Below the pieces are notes generated by a model, which saw only the letters and a program-made list of their open reading frames with translations, was not told the origin of the DNA and made no database searches. The position numbers were made by a program, and so were the translations under genes. 64,000 bases of DNA from an uncultured Gammaproteobacteria bacterium (GTDB taxonomy: Bacteria; Pseudomonadota; Gammaproteobacteria; CAVYTG01). Below, piece by piece: positions 9,783 to 20,187 of this stretch (the stretch's first letter is position 1; every line of letters begins with the position of its first letter). The stretch spans positions 697,357 to 761,356 of the forward strand of contig CAVYTG010000001.1 in NCBI GenBank assembly GCA_963771515.1. Direction: 5' to 3'.

Positions 9783-11067
9783 TGCACTCCAGGTAAGTCA
9801 ATATTTGATTTGAATATTTAGCCAATGCCCCCTGATTTTCTTTTAGAACATACTGCGCCTGTTCCTGCTGTAAAGATAGCAGCTCAATATTTTGCATAAG
9901 CGCAATCAATTCTTCTGCCAATGTCACTGGAGAGTCTACAATTTGAATTGCTTGACGCGCCTTTAGCTGATCAATCATATTTGTAAAATTATGAAAATAG
10001 GGGCCGATAAAGACAGGGACATTGAGCGCAACGGCCTCTAATACATTATGCCCACCCACAGGCACAAAACTCCCACCCACAAAAGCAATGTCTGAAGCTG
10101 CATAGAAAATTAACAACTCTCCTAAAGTATCTCCCAGCAATACGTCAGTCGAGGCTAATGGTGCTTCTGCCTTACTTCGCTGCACCAAATGGTATTTTTT
10201 TTCTTTACATAATTGTGCCACCCCCTCAAAACGTTCTGGATGCCTTGGCACTAATATTAAAACAGCGTCTGGATATACTTTTTTTATCGATTCAAATGCC
10301 ATTAAAATCAGAGCCTCTTCCCCTTCATGTGTACTTCCCGCAACCCAAACCAATCGATCTTTCCCAATCGCTTCTCGCAAACCTCTCCCTTGTTTCAACA
10401 CGGACTCTGGAATCTGGAGATCATATTTGATGCATCCCATCACACTCACTTTTTCAGGGCTTAACCCTAACTGAAGAAAGCGCTGGGCATCTTGCTCAGT
10501 TTGAGCCCCAACCTGAGTCAACTGCTTTAACATAAAATGAACTAAAGGCAAAATATAACCATACCCCCTGGCAGATTTTTCAGATAACCGTGCATTGGCC
10601 AAAAATACAGGAATTCCAGCCTGCCGTGATTGATATAATAATCCAGGCCAAAGCTCAGTCTCTAAAATAACCAGCAAACTGGGTTTTATCTTTCGAAGAA
10701 AACGTCGAACAAATATAGGTAAATCATAAGGTAAAAACACATGAAATACCTGATTTCCTAATGTTTTTTGAATGCGCTCTGAACCTGTTAATGTCGTTGT
10801 AGTGACGACTACATCACACAGGGGGATTTTATGTTTCAGTGCTTTCACGAGTTGTTCTGCTAATACAGCTTCCCCATAGGAAACCGCATGAATCCAAATG
10901 GGGTTTATCAGTTTTGGTGCGTTAAAAAGTACCAAACGCTCTTTCACCCGTCCGGTGAGCTTTACTGAGGTATTTCGCGCATAAAAATGTTGACGAAAGC
11001 ACATCCGAACTAGAAAAATAGGAAATAACAGATACAACAAAGCGATATATAAGTAATATAGGTACAT
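9769..11067 (-). CDS. waaA: 3-deoxy-D-manno-octulosonic acid (Kdo) transferase
   Basis: It has the glycosyltransferase N-domain (WIHAVSYGE) and a C-terminal GT-B fold. The first ATG is at 11067, and the track start at 11073 is TTG. Confidence 0.85.
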   Translation of the reverse strand: MYLYYLYIALLYLLFPIFLVRMCFRQHFYARNTSVKLTGRVKERLVLFNAPKLINPIWIHAVSYGEAVLAEQLVKALKHKIPLCDVVVTTTTLTGSERIQKTLGNQVFHVFLPYDLPIFVRRFLRKIKPSLLVILETELWPGLLYQSRQAGIPVFLANARLSEKSARGYGYILPLVHFMLKQLTQVGAQTEQDAQRFLQLGLSPEKVSVMGCIKYDLQIPESVLKQGRGLREAIGKDRLVWVAGSTHEGEEALILMAFESIKKVYPDAVLILVPRHPERFEGVAQLCKEKKYHLVQRSKAEAPLASTDVLLGDTLGELLIFYAASDIAFVGGSFVPVGGHNVLEAVALNVPVFIGPYFHNFTNMIDQLKARQAIQIVDSPVTLAEELIALMQNIELLSLQQEQAQYVLKENQGALAKYSNQILTYLECIKRF

Positions 11068-11095
11068 ACACAAACTGATAAAGTTTTCTCACAAA

Positions 11096-11156
11096 TTAGG
11101 GTGTGTTTACATTTCATTGTTTTGTTACAAAACAATGAAATGTAAACACACCCTAA
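11096..11156. repeat. perfect 61-bp palindrome (29-bp arms, loop TTA) with an AGGGTGTGT terminus
   Basis: TTAGGGTGTGTTTACATTTCATTGTTTTG-tta-CAAAACAATGAAATGTAAACACACCCTAA. Partial copies occur at 20773..20800 and 55770..55805. Confidence 0.75.
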
Positions 11157-11193
11157 AGACACATCCTATACTCTACATGAAAGAGGTTTTATT

Positions 11194-11460
11194 ATGAATC
11201 TAACAATCAAAGAAGTGCTTGGTTTTCGCCGAATGTTCACTCCCTCCCTTGTGAAAATCATTTTCTGGGTAGCGCTTATAGCTTGCTGGACAGTTGCCAT
11301 CATTGATTTTTTTCAATCCAAGGTTTTGCTTGGATTGATACTTATCATTATAGGCACCATTGCAATCCGGATTTCCTGTGAAATATTGATTCTTTTTTTC
11401 CAAATCAATAACACCTTACTGGATATTCTTAAGCAACTGAAAAACAATCAGTCAGGTTGA
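11194..11460 (+). CDS. hypothetical small membrane protein (88 aa, 2 TM helices)
   Basis: ATG with an AAGAGG ribosome-binding site 7 nt upstream, and two hydrophobic helices. Confidence 0.5.
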   Translation: MNLTIKEVLGFRRMFTPSLVKIIFWVALIACWTVAIIDFFQSKVLLGLILIIIGTIAIRISCEILILFFQINNTLLDILKQLKNNQSG

Positions 11461-11502
11461 TTTTTCCTAGATTACTCCTATAGTTTTATAAGATTTTTAG
11501 TA

Positions 11503-11545
11503 GCCGCGCTTCACTCGCAATGACGGATGAGTGGTTACACTATTT
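11503..11545. repeat. remnant of the composite palindromic repeat (CCGCGCTTCACTCGCAATGACGG...GGTTAC)
   Basis: It matches the right end of the locus at 58590..58631. Confidence 0.4.
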
Positions 11546-11570
11546 AGTCTTACATATGGAGGGATCAATC

Positions 11571-12011
11571 ATGAGATTAAATCAGCTAATGCACTATCGT
11601 CCTTTGCTGGGGCGCTCCTTAATGGATCTTGATCAATTATTAGATGTTGAAGAAGGGGCTTTAAGCCTGGCAAAGCACACCTGGATGCCAGCTGTTGACA
11701 TTCAAGAAACGGCGAAAGAGTTTTTGGTAAGAGCCGATGTGCCCGGGATGGCAAAAGAAAATATTGATGTCAGAATGGATAACCATGTTTTAACCATTCA
11801 AGGTGCTCGTACCTTTGAGAAAAAAACAGAGAAGAAAAACCTCATTCGTTCTGAGCGTTTTGAAGGCGAGTTTTATAGACAATTTACATTGCCCGAAACA
11901 GCCAATCATGCAAAAATTTCTGCCACCTGCAAAGATGGTATTCTGGAAATTAAGATCCCTAAACATGCAAAAGGAAAAAAAGAAGTTCATAAAAAAGTTA
12001 AAATCCAATAG
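11571..12011 (+). CDS. small heat-shock protein, Hsp20/alpha-crystallin family
   Basis: Alpha-crystallin domain (PAVDIQE...FLVRADVPG...GILEIKIPK). GGAGGG ribosome-binding site 7 nt upstream of ATG 11571. The track start at 11520 adds an unlikely 17-aa leader. Confidence 0.85.
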   Translation: MRLNQLMHYRPLLGRSLMDLDQLLDVEEGALSLAKHTWMPAVDIQETAKEFLVRADVPGMAKENIDVRMDNHVLTIQGARTFEKKTEKKNLIRSERFEGEFYRQFTLPETANHAKISATCKDGILEIKIPKHAKGKKEVHKKVKIQ

Positions 12012-12026
12012 GCAAGGACGTTGCCC

Positions 12027-12187
12027 AGGGTGTGTCTTCAATTTATTTTTTGAGTTCAAAATGTGGGTAATGGAGGCAAATTTTGTGTAAATTTAAGGAA
12101 GCCTATTAAAATAGGTGACGAAAATTTGCATAAAATTTGACCCATTATACGCGCTTTGAACTCAAAAAATAAATTGAAGACACACCT
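12027..12187. repeat. MITE-like element (about 160 bp) with roughly 35-bp terminal inverted repeats
   Basis: The left end AGGGTGTGTCTTCAATTTATTTTTTGAGTTCAAA is the reverse complement of the right end. The copy at 45129..45294 is nearly identical. Confidence 0.6.
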
Positions 12188-12201
12188 TAATCTATCCAAC
12201 C

Positions 12202-12275
12202 AAAAGGGTACGATGTAACTGCTTATTCTTCGTTACGAAGAACAAAGCGACTATAATACAATTTCGTACCCTTTT
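12202..12275 (+). promoter_or_regulatory. nested palindromes over the iscR-suf promoter
   Basis: The outer arms are AAAAGGGTACGA...TCGTACCCTTTT and the inner palindrome is TTCTTCG-tta-CGAAGAA. The -10-like TATAAT is at 12252..12257. It may be an operator for the Rrf2 regulator. Confidence 0.35.
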
Positions 12276-12344
12276 TTATTGCCAAAATAGCACTAATTTA
12301 GTACTCTATTTTCAAGCTGTTAATCGATCCTTCATCAAACACCT

Positions 12345-12794
12345 ATGCTCCACATCAGCAAACTAGCGGACTATGCCACACTTATCATGAGTTTTCTTTC
12401 AGAAGATAGAAATAAGCTCTATAGTGCAAACCTGGTTGCAACATCACTCCAAATGACAAAAACCACGGTCAGCAAACTACTGAAACACCTGCTTAAGTCT
12501 GGCTTGATTTTTTCTGAACGCGGCATCCATGGAGGTTATCAACTGGCTAGAACCCCAGATCAGATTAAGCTTACTGAAATCATTACAGCCATTGATGGAA
12601 AATCTGGAATTACAGACTGTTGTATTGGAAAATACTGCGTGAAACATACGGTTTGCCAAACTCAAAATAACTGGCAGCTGATTCACCAAGTGCTCTACCA
12701 GGCACTAGAACAATTTACGTTACAAGACATCAAAAATAATTTGAGACAACACCCCTTAATTCAAACACTACAGAAATACTATGCCTCCATCTAA
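12345..12794 (+). CDS. iscR: Rrf2-family Fe-S transcriptional regulator (IscR/SufR-like)
   Basis: It is 149 aa with a winged-helix N-terminal domain and the cluster ligands CC-x4-C-x5-C. Its 3' end overlaps sufB. Confidence 0.8.
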   Translation: MLHISKLADYATLIMSFLSEDRNKLYSANLVATSLQMTKTTVSKLLKHLLKSGLIFSERGIHGGYQLARTPDQIKLTEIITAIDGKSGITDCCIGKYCVKHTVCQTQNNWQLIHQVLYQALEQFTLQDIKNNLRQHPLIQTLQKYYASI

Positions 12795-14229
12795 TCCCGA
12801 ACTGAACGAACTACTGCAAAAAAAATATACTTTTGGGTTTATTACGGATATTGACAGTGAAACGCTTCCGCCTGGCCTGGATGAGTCTGTTGTGCGATGG
12901 ATTTCGCAAAAAAAAGAAGAACCAGAGTTTCTATTGGAGTGGCGTTTAAAAGCTTTTCGACATTGGCTCACACTTTCTCCTCCTCATTGGTCACAATTTG
13001 ATCTGCCGGACATTAATTATCAGGACATCGTTTACTATTCCGCTCCAAAATCGAAGAAAGATGCGCCTAAAAGTTTGGATGAAGTCGATCCAAAGCTTCT
13101 GGAAACTTACGAAAAATTAGGAATCCCATTACACGAACGAGCAAAGCTGGCAGGGGTTGCCGTCGATGCGGTGTTTGATAGCGTTTCTGTTGCTACGACT
13201 TTTAAGGAAAAGCTTCAGGAAGCCGGTGTTATTTTTTGTTCCTTTTCAGAAGCTGTAAAACAATACCCTGATCTGGTCAAGCAATATTTAGGAACAGTGG
13301 TCCCCTATCAAGATAATTTTTTTGCGGCTCTAAACTCCGCAGTTTTTAGTGATGGTTCTTTTGTATTTATTCCTAAGGGTGTTCGTTGCCCTATGGAACT
13401 ATCCACCTATTTTCGGATTAATGCAGCCAATACGGGTCAATTTGAACGCACATTAATTATTGCTGAAGAAAATAGCTATGTCAGTTACCTCGAAGGTTGT
13501 ACTGCCCCTATTCGTGATGAAAACCAGCTACATGCAGCTGTGGTGGAAATCATTGCGTTAGATCATGCTGAAGTGAAGTATTCAACCGTCCAAAACTGGT
13601 ATCCTGGGGATGAGCAAGGTATCGGCGGCATCTATAACTTTGTAACCAAGCGGGGACTCTGTCGTGGTATAGAATCCAAAATATCCTGGACTCAAATTGA
13701 AACAGGATCCAGAATCACCTGGAAATACCCCAGTGTCGTATTGCAAGGCGATCGTTCTGTTGGAGAGTTTTATTCCGTTGCTTTAACCCACCATTACCAA
13801 CAAGCCGATACGGGAACTAAAATGATTCATATTGGAAAAAATACACGCAGTACTATTATCTCTAAAGGCATTTCTGCAGGCCATGGTCAAAACACCTACC
13901 GAGGGCTGGTCAGGGTTACGCCAACGGCTCAAAATGCTAGAAATTATACGCAATGCGATTCATTATTATTAGGGAAACAGTGTACAGCCAATACATTTCC
14001 CTATATCGAAGTAAAAAACCCAACCGCTCAGATTGAGCACGAAGCCAGTGCTTCAAAAATAGGAGAAGAACAGTTGTTTTATTGCCAACAACGAGGCATT
14101 AATGAAGAGAATGCGGTTTCAATGATCGTAAATGGCTTTTGTAAGTCTGTTTTTAAAATGCTTCCTCTAGAGTTTGCAGTAGAAGCACAGAAGCTCATGG
14201 AAGTCAGTCTGGAAGGGTCAGTCGGCTAG
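12781..14229 (+). CDS. sufB: Fe-S cluster assembly protein SufB
   Basis: 482 aa. Confidence 0.95.
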   Translation: MPPSNPELNELLQKKYTFGFITDIDSETLPPGLDESVVRWISQKKEEPEFLLEWRLKAFRHWLTLSPPHWSQFDLPDINYQDIVYYSAPKSKKDAPKSLDEVDPKLLETYEKLGIPLHERAKLAGVAVDAVFDSVSVATTFKEKLQEAGVIFCSFSEAVKQYPDLVKQYLGTVVPYQDNFFAALNSAVFSDGSFVFIPKGVRCPMELSTYFRINAANTGQFERTLIIAEENSYVSYLEGCTAPIRDENQLHAAVVEIIALDHAEVKYSTVQNWYPGDEQGIGGIYNFVTKRGLCRGIESKISWTQIETGSRITWKYPSVVLQGDRSVGEFYSVALTHHYQQADTGTKMIHIGKNTRSTIISKGISAGHGQNTYRGLVRVTPTAQNARNYTQCDSLLLGKQCTANTFPYIEVKNPTAQIEHEASASKIGEEQLFYCQQRGINEENAVSMIVNGFCKSVFKMLPLEFAVEAQKLMEVSLEGSVG

Positions 14230-14274
14230 AATAGGGCGTGTCATCCATTTATCAATAATTAACAAGGTGTTCTA

Positions 14275-15021
14275 ATGCTTAACATCAAAAATCTCAAAGT
14301 CAATGCCCAGGGGGGGCAACCCATTCTTCAAGGCATATCCCTTGAAATCAAACCCGGTGAGGTTCATGTCATTATGGGCCCGAATGGATCAGGCAAAAGC
14401 ACCTTAGCTAACATCCTCGTTGGACGCGAGGATTATGAGATATCTTATGGAGATATTCAATTTAAAAATCAAGATCTTCTAAGCCTCTCTCCTGAAGAAC
14501 GGGCAGCTGAAGGTTTATTTCTAGCTTTCCAGTATCCCGTTGAAATTCCAGGCGTGACAAATTTATCTTTTTTAAAAACTGCGCTCAACAATTTAAGAAA
14601 ACATCAGGGAAAAGAAGAGTTTGATGCTTTTGAATTTCTTTCTTTTGTTAAAGACAAGGCTAAGCGTTTAGAAATACCCGATGAATTTTTACAACGATCT
14701 TTAAATGAAGGATTTTCTGGTGGAGAAAAAAAGCGGAATGAAATTTTACAAATGTTAGTATTAGATCCAACCCTAATTATTTTGGATGAAATTGATTCAG
14801 GCTTGGACATCGATGCTTTGCAATTAATTTCAAAAGTCATTAACAAAACCCGCGAGACCTCTACAGATAAAGCCATTATCATCATCACGCATTATCAGCG
14901 CTTACTGAATCATATTGAACCTGATTATGTGCATATCCTAGCAAAAGGTAAACTTGTAAAATCAGGTAGCAAAGCATTAGCTGAGCAACTGGAATCAGAA
15001 GGATTTTCTGCTTTTCTATAA
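14275..15021 (+). CDS. sufC: Fe-S cluster assembly ATPase SufC
   Basis: Walker A (GPNGSGKST), ABC signature and Walker B motifs are present. Confidence 0.95.
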   Translation: MLNIKNLKVNAQGGQPILQGISLEIKPGEVHVIMGPNGSGKSTLANILVGREDYEISYGDIQFKNQDLLSLSPEERAAEGLFLAFQYPVEIPGVTNLSFLKTALNNLRKHQGKEEFDAFEFLSFVKDKAKRLEIPDEFLQRSLNEGFSGGEKKRNEILQMLVLDPTLIILDEIDSGLDIDALQLISKVINKTRETSTDKAIIIITHYQRLLNHIEPDYVHILAKGKLVKSGSKALAEQLESEGFSAFL

Positions 15022-15030
15022 GGCATTCAG

Positions 15031-16914
15031 ATGGTTACCATGACAAAAAACCAGAAACGTTCATTAATCACCATGTCCATTGCTACGATTGGCGTAGTCT
15101 ATGGAGATATCGGAACCAGCCCCTTATATGCACTCAAAAGTTGCTTTTCGCTCTCTGGACTGCCACTTGATTCAACCAACGTGTTTGGCCTTGTCAGCCT
15201 CTTTGCATGGACACTCTTTCTAGTTGTTACCGTTAAATATGTTGCGATTGTCATGCGAGTAAATTATCGAGGAGAAGGCGGTATCCTGGCACTTTCTTCC
15301 TTGTGTACAACACTCAAACAAAAGAAAATGATTTCTAAAACGCTCCCTCTTTTACTTGGCATCCTTGGAGCTTCCCTATTTTTCGGAGATGGCGTCATTA
15401 CACCGGCCATTTCTATATTAAGCGCCTTTGAGGGATTGCACATTATCTCTCCACACTTATCTGAATATGTCATGCCGCTTTCCATTCTCACAATACTGGC
15501 TCTATTTCTTCTTCAAAAACGAGGTAGCGCTAAAATTGGGCAATACTTTGGACCCATTATGATTCTTTGGTTCATCACCATTGCAGTTTTAGGGTTATAT
15601 CAAATTCTGCAAATGCCAAGTATTATAAAGGCACTCACCCCCTACTATGCCATCCATTTTTTCTATGAAAATGGATGGATGGGTCTCATTGTTTTAGGGG
15701 GTACAATTCTGGTGGTCACTGGCGCAGAAGCACTCTATGCAGATATGGGGCATTTTGGCGCAAAACCCATTAAGCTCACCTGGCATTTATTTATTTTTCC
15801 AAGCTTACTCTTGAACTATTTAGGACAAGGCGCCCTATTACTTCAAACACCAGAAGCCATTACCAACCCTTTTTATCTCATGGCGCCCAACTTCATCCTC
15901 TACCCTTTGATTATCCTGGCAGCAGCAGCGACGATTATTGCATCTCAAGCCGTCATTTCTGGCGTATTTTCAGTGGCATGGCAAGCCATTATGTTAAATT
16001 ACCTTCCCCGCTTACATGTCATTCATACTTCTACCGAACAGGAAGGACAAGTTTATGTCCCTGTGATTAACTACTTACTTTGTATACTTGCTATCATCTC
16101 CATACTCCTATTTCAGTCTTCAGACAATCTGGCTTCAGCTTATGGGCTTAGCATTGCAGGCTTAATGTTGATCACCACGATTCTGGTTGGTTTATTTGCT
16201 TATTATCGTTGGAAGTGGCCGCTGTTTTATTTATTACTCCTATTCATTCCGCTATTGGTACTAGATATTATTTTCTTAACTGCCAATCTTGTTAAACTGA
16301 TTGAAGGCGCCTGGTTTACACTTTTGTTAACTTTCATGGCAGCTTATACCTTTAAGGTATGGTTACAAGGTAATAAAGTGCTTAACCGTCAAAAATTTGC
16401 TCCTGATCAAGCATTAACTGAATACCTGAAAACTCATAAGAAAGACTACCCCCATAAGATACCCGGCACAGGTATCTTTATGACACGGTCAACAGAGAAA
16501 GTGCCTAACGCTTTAGTAATCCATTTACAACACAATCATTTATTGCATCATCGCGTGATTTTTCTGTCTATCTGCACAGCCAGTTTTCCAAGAGTCCCCA
16601 TGCACGACAAATATGCGTATTCTAAACTTGATGCCAAAACTTTTGCGATTACAGCCTGGTATGGCTTTAAAGAGGTGCCAAATCTAAATAAAATCTTGGA
16701 GTGGGCTAATCAGCAAGGTTTGATTGAAGACTCAACAGAAAATGTCTCTTTTTTCTTTAGTCGCGGTGTTCCTGTGACAGAAGAAAAAAGAAAGATCAAA
16801 GGATTTGGGAAAAGGTTTTATATTTTCCTCTGCCATAATGCCATACCTGCTTATGATTTCTACAAGATACCTGAAGATAAAGTGATTGAGCTAGGGATTC
16901 GATATGAGATTTAA
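15031..16914 (+). CDS. kup: KUP/HAK/KT family potassium uptake permease
   Basis: It is 627 aa and starts GDIGTSPLYAL. It has 12 TM helices and a C-terminal cytoplasmic domain. Confidence 0.9.
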   Translation: MVTMTKNQKRSLITMSIATIGVVYGDIGTSPLYALKSCFSLSGLPLDSTNVFGLVSLFAWTLFLVVTVKYVAIVMRVNYRGEGGILALSSLCTTLKQKKMISKTLPLLLGILGASLFFGDGVITPAISILSAFEGLHIISPHLSEYVMPLSILTILALFLLQKRGSAKIGQYFGPIMILWFITIAVLGLYQILQMPSIIKALTPYYAIHFFYENGWMGLIVLGGTILVVTGAEALYADMGHFGAKPIKLTWHLFIFPSLLLNYLGQGALLLQTPEAITNPFYLMAPNFILYPLIILAAAATIIASQAVISGVFSVAWQAIMLNYLPRLHVIHTSTEQEGQVYVPVINYLLCILAIISILLFQSSDNLASAYGLSIAGLMLITTILVGLFAYYRWKWPLFYLLLLFIPLLVLDIIFLTANLVKLIEGAWFTLLLTFMAAYTFKVWLQGNKVLNRQKFAPDQALTEYLKTHKKDYPHKIPGTGIFMTRSTEKVPNALVIHLQHNHLLHHRVIFLSICTASFPRVPMHDKYAYSKLDAKTFAITAWYGFKEVPNLNKILEWANQQGLIEDSTENVSFFFSRGVPVTEEKRKIKGFGKRFYIFLCHNAIPAYDFYKIPEDKVIELGIRYEI

Positions 16915-18181
16915 AGACGAAAAAATGATGTTTAATTTAGATACCTTAAAAACAGCGCCCTTTCCAGCCAACCCAGACTGGTTAAACAAAGTTCGTACGC
17001 AACAGCTACAAGCTTTTCTAGACAGAGGTTTTCCTACCAGGCAAGAAGAATCCTGGAAATATATCGACTGTGCTTCCCTGACTAAAACTGCTTTTAATTT
17101 GTTACCGCAATCAACCCACTCTAATCCACCTAAGATAGAAAGCCCAAGCACTGACCCAACATTTATTTTTTTAAATGGATGCTTTCAACCCGAAGCTTCT
17201 CACTTAACTGGTTTACCTAAAGAAGCCATACTACTGCCTGTATCCAAAGCCTTAAAAACATACACCGGCTTAATTCAGCCTTTTTTTGAAACAAACAACC
17301 CCACAACACACCCTTTTGCAACCTTGAACACCGCATTTTTTTCTGACGGTGTCTTCCTCTACCTTCCGCCGCATGTACACCTGAAAAAACCCATTCATTG
17401 TATTCATCTTAACCAGGCTGAAGGGATGTGGCACACTCGAAATATCTTAATATTAAGGGAAGGTGCCCAAGCAAACTTTATCGAACATTTTCAGGGAAAT
17501 TCAGACGCCCTGTATTTTGAAAATACAGTAACGCAAGCCGAACTCGGTCTTGCAAGCCATTTGAACTACTATAAAATTCAGCAGGAAAGTCTAAAAGCGC
17601 ATCATATTGCCAATATACAGATTACACAAAAGGCAAACAGTCAACTCAATACGTTTCATGCAACCCTGGGAGGAAAACTCTCCCGAGATGATATCCATAT
17701 TCAACTGGAAGGAAAAGAAGCCGCTTGCCGCCTTAAAGGATTTTACATGCCTCAGAAACATCAATGTATGGATCATCATATTACAGCTGAACATTTAGCA
17801 GAACATACATACAGCCAGCAACACTATAAAGGTATTTTAAAAGACCAGTCCAGAGGCATCTTTAATGGAAAGGTTGTTGTACATTCAAATGCCCATAAAA
17901 CTGTTGCCCATCAAACCAATCAAAATATTCTACTGTCTGCGACGGCAGAAATAGACACAAAACCAGAGCTCGAAATTTACAATGATGATGTGAAATGCTC
18001 TCACGGCGCAACCGTGGGGCCTCTGTCTCAAGAAGCTATATTTTATTTGCAATCTCGAGGCATGAATAAAGCACAGGCGACCCAACTGTTAATTGAGGCA
18101 TTTTTTAACGAACTCATTCTGTCAATTCCGTTCCCAGAAGTTGCTCAAAAATTAAATGCCCTAACCACTCATGAAGCATAA
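16904..18181 (+). CDS. sufD: Fe-S cluster assembly protein SufD
   Basis: It is 425 aa, and its C-terminal beta-helix matches SufD. It overlaps the kup stop by 11 bp. Confidence 0.85.
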   Translation: MRFKDEKMMFNLDTLKTAPFPANPDWLNKVRTQQLQAFLDRGFPTRQEESWKYIDCASLTKTAFNLLPQSTHSNPPKIESPSTDPTFIFLNGCFQPEASHLTGLPKEAILLPVSKALKTYTGLIQPFFETNNPTTHPFATLNTAFFSDGVFLYLPPHVHLKKPIHCIHLNQAEGMWHTRNILILREGAQANFIEHFQGNSDALYFENTVTQAELGLASHLNYYKIQQESLKAHHIANIQITQKANSQLNTFHATLGGKLSRDDIHIQLEGKEAACRLKGFYMPQKHQCMDHHITAEHLAEHTYSQQHYKGILKDQSRGIFNGKVVVHSNAHKTVAHQTNQNILLSATAEIDTKPELEIYNDDVKCSHGATVGPLSQEAIFYLQSRGMNKAQATQLLIEAFFNELILSIPFPEVAQKLNALTTHEA

Positions 18182-18187
18182 ACCGCT

Positions 18188-19408
18188 ATGTTAGACCCTT
18201 ATTTGATTAAAAAAGAATTTCCCATCTTCAAGAAAACGATTCATGGCAAGCCGTTAGTTTTTCTAGATAATGCAGCCAGCACCCAAAAACCACAATGCGT
18301 GATTGATGCCATTGTGCAATTCTACTCAGAAACGTACGCTAATATTCACCGGGGAATCTACAAACTCAGTGAAGAGTCTAGCGCTCTATATGAACATGCC
18401 CGACAAACACTTCAAAAACTGATTAATGCCGCTTATTCCCATGAAATTATTTTTGTTAAAGGCACCACAGAAGCGATTAATTTGGTTGCCGAAAGTTACG
18501 GCCGATCTCACTTAAAACCAGGCGACCACATCATTATTACTGAAATGGAACATCATGCTAACTTGATTCCCTGGCAGTATATTTGTCAGCAAATGGGTGC
18601 AGAACTTAAAGTAATCCCTGTCAACGATCAAGGTGAGTTAGACCTTGACGTTTACGAGCAGCTCCTTTCTTCCCGCACCCGTTTGGTTGCCTTATCTCAC
18701 CTCTCTAATCTTCTAGGTACGGTTAACCCTGTTCATACCATCACGGAAATGGCACATCGTTATGGTGCCCATGTACTCGTCGATGGTGCACAGACAGTTG
18801 CACATTTCCCTGTGGATGTTCAACATTTGAATTGTGATTTTTATGTATTTTCAGGCCATAAAATGTATGGTCCAACTGGCATCGGTGTGCTATATGGCAA
18901 ATCTGAATTATTAGCATCCATGCCTCCTTATCAAAAGGGCGGAGGCATGATCGAACGGGTGACCCTTGATAAAACATCTTATGCACCCCTGCCTGCAAAG
19001 TTTGAAGCAGGCACACCGCACATTGCAGGTGCGGCTGGATTAGAAGCAGCTGCACTTTACCTGGAAAAACTGGGACTTAACAACATTGATCTCCTTGAGC
19101 AAACATTGCTGGCTAAAGCAACTAACCTGTTAACCCAAATTCCGGAACTTCGGATCATTGGCCAGGCGGCTGAAAAGTCTAGCGTTATTTCTTTTACTTT
19201 AGAGGGTGTTCATCCACATGATGCAGCCACTATTTTAGACCAGGATGGAATTGCCGTACGCGCAGGCCATCATTGTGCCATGCCTTTGATTGAGCGATTT
19301 AATATCCCGGCTACCCTACGTGTTTCATTTGGCGTGTATAATACACCAGAAGATATTGATCTTTTAATACAATCACTTGAAAAAGCAAGAGGAATATTAA
19401 CCCCATGA
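18188..19408 (+). CDS. sufS: cysteine desulfurase SufS
   Basis: It is 406 aa with a PLP-lysine motif (SGHKMYGP) and an active-site Cys (HHCAMP). Confidence 0.9.
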   Translation: MLDPYLIKKEFPIFKKTIHGKPLVFLDNAASTQKPQCVIDAIVQFYSETYANIHRGIYKLSEESSALYEHARQTLQKLINAAYSHEIIFVKGTTEAINLVAESYGRSHLKPGDHIIITEMEHHANLIPWQYICQQMGAELKVIPVNDQGELDLDVYEQLLSSRTRLVALSHLSNLLGTVNPVHTITEMAHRYGAHVLVDGAQTVAHFPVDVQHLNCDFYVFSGHKMYGPTGIGVLYGKSELLASMPPYQKGGGMIERVTLDKTSYAPLPAKFEAGTPHIAGAAGLEAAALYLEKLGLNNIDLLEQTLLAKATNLLTQIPELRIIGQAAEKSSVISFTLEGVHPHDAATILDQDGIAVRAGHHCAMPLIERFNIPATLRVSFGVYNTPEDIDLLIQSLEKARGILTP

Positions 19409-19824
19409 ATCTCAATGAGTTATACCAGCAAGTCATTCTGGATCACAATAAAAATCCCCGTCATTTTTCAATATTGGATCACGCCAACCATATGAAAGAA
19501 GGTTACAACCCACTTTGTGGTGATAAAGTGACTATTTATATTAAAGAAAAAGACCAAAAAATTGAGAAAATCACATTTCAGGGATGTGGCTGCGCCATAT
19601 CTATAGCCTCTGCTTCTTTAATGACTGAAGCACTGACAGGAAAAACAACGTCTGAATTTCATCTCTTATTCGATCAGTTTATTCAGTTGGTGACCCAAGG
19701 CGATGAACAGCCAGATTTAAAAAAGCTCAATATACTCTCCGGAATTGTTGAGTTTCCCATGCGCGTTAAATGTGCAACACTTGCCTGGCACACAGCAAAA
19801 TCTGCTTTAGAAGAAGAGGTGTAA
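19405..19824 (+). CDS. sufU: SufU/IscU-like NifU-domain sulfur-transfer/scaffold protein
   Basis: It is 139 aa with the Cys motifs CGDKV, GCGCAIS and KCATLAW. Its ATGA overlaps the sufS stop. Confidence 0.65.
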   Translation: MNLNELYQQVILDHNKNPRHFSILDHANHMKEGYNPLCGDKVTIYIKEKDQKIEKITFQGCGCAISIASASLMTEALTGKTTSEFHLLFDQFIQLVTQGDEQPDLKKLNILSGIVEFPMRVKCATLAWHTAKSALEEEV

Positions 19825-19825
19825 C

Positions 19826-20164
19826 ATGTCAGATCCCATCATTACATTTAGCCAAACAGCCGCTGAACACATCCGACAACTCATCCAACAAACGCCTGAT
19901 TGCAAAGGATTCAGACTTTCTGTAAAAAAAGGAGGATGTACCGGATTCACCTATGTACCAGACCTGGTTAAAACGCCAGATGAAACGGATCTTCATTGGG
20001 TTGATCCAGCAGGCTTTTCAGTATTTATTGAAGCCAAAACTGTCGACATGATCAACGGCACCCGATTAGAGTTTGAAAAAAAAGAGATGGGACAATCTCA
20101 ACTGCGATACCAAAACCCAAATATAAAACAAGCCTGCGGATGCGGAGACAGTTTTAATGTTTAA
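19826..20164 (+). CDS. sufA: A-type Fe-S carrier (SufA/IscA/ErpA family)
   Basis: It is 112 aa and ends with the CGCGDSF motif. Confidence 0.7.
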   Translation: MSDPIITFSQTAAEHIRQLIQQTPDCKGFRLSVKKGGCTGFTYVPDLVKTPDETDLHWVDPAGFSVFIEAKTVDMINGTRLEFEKKEMGQSQLRYQNPNIKQACGCGDSFNV

Positions 20165-20187
20165 AATTAATAATTGACCATAATTTC

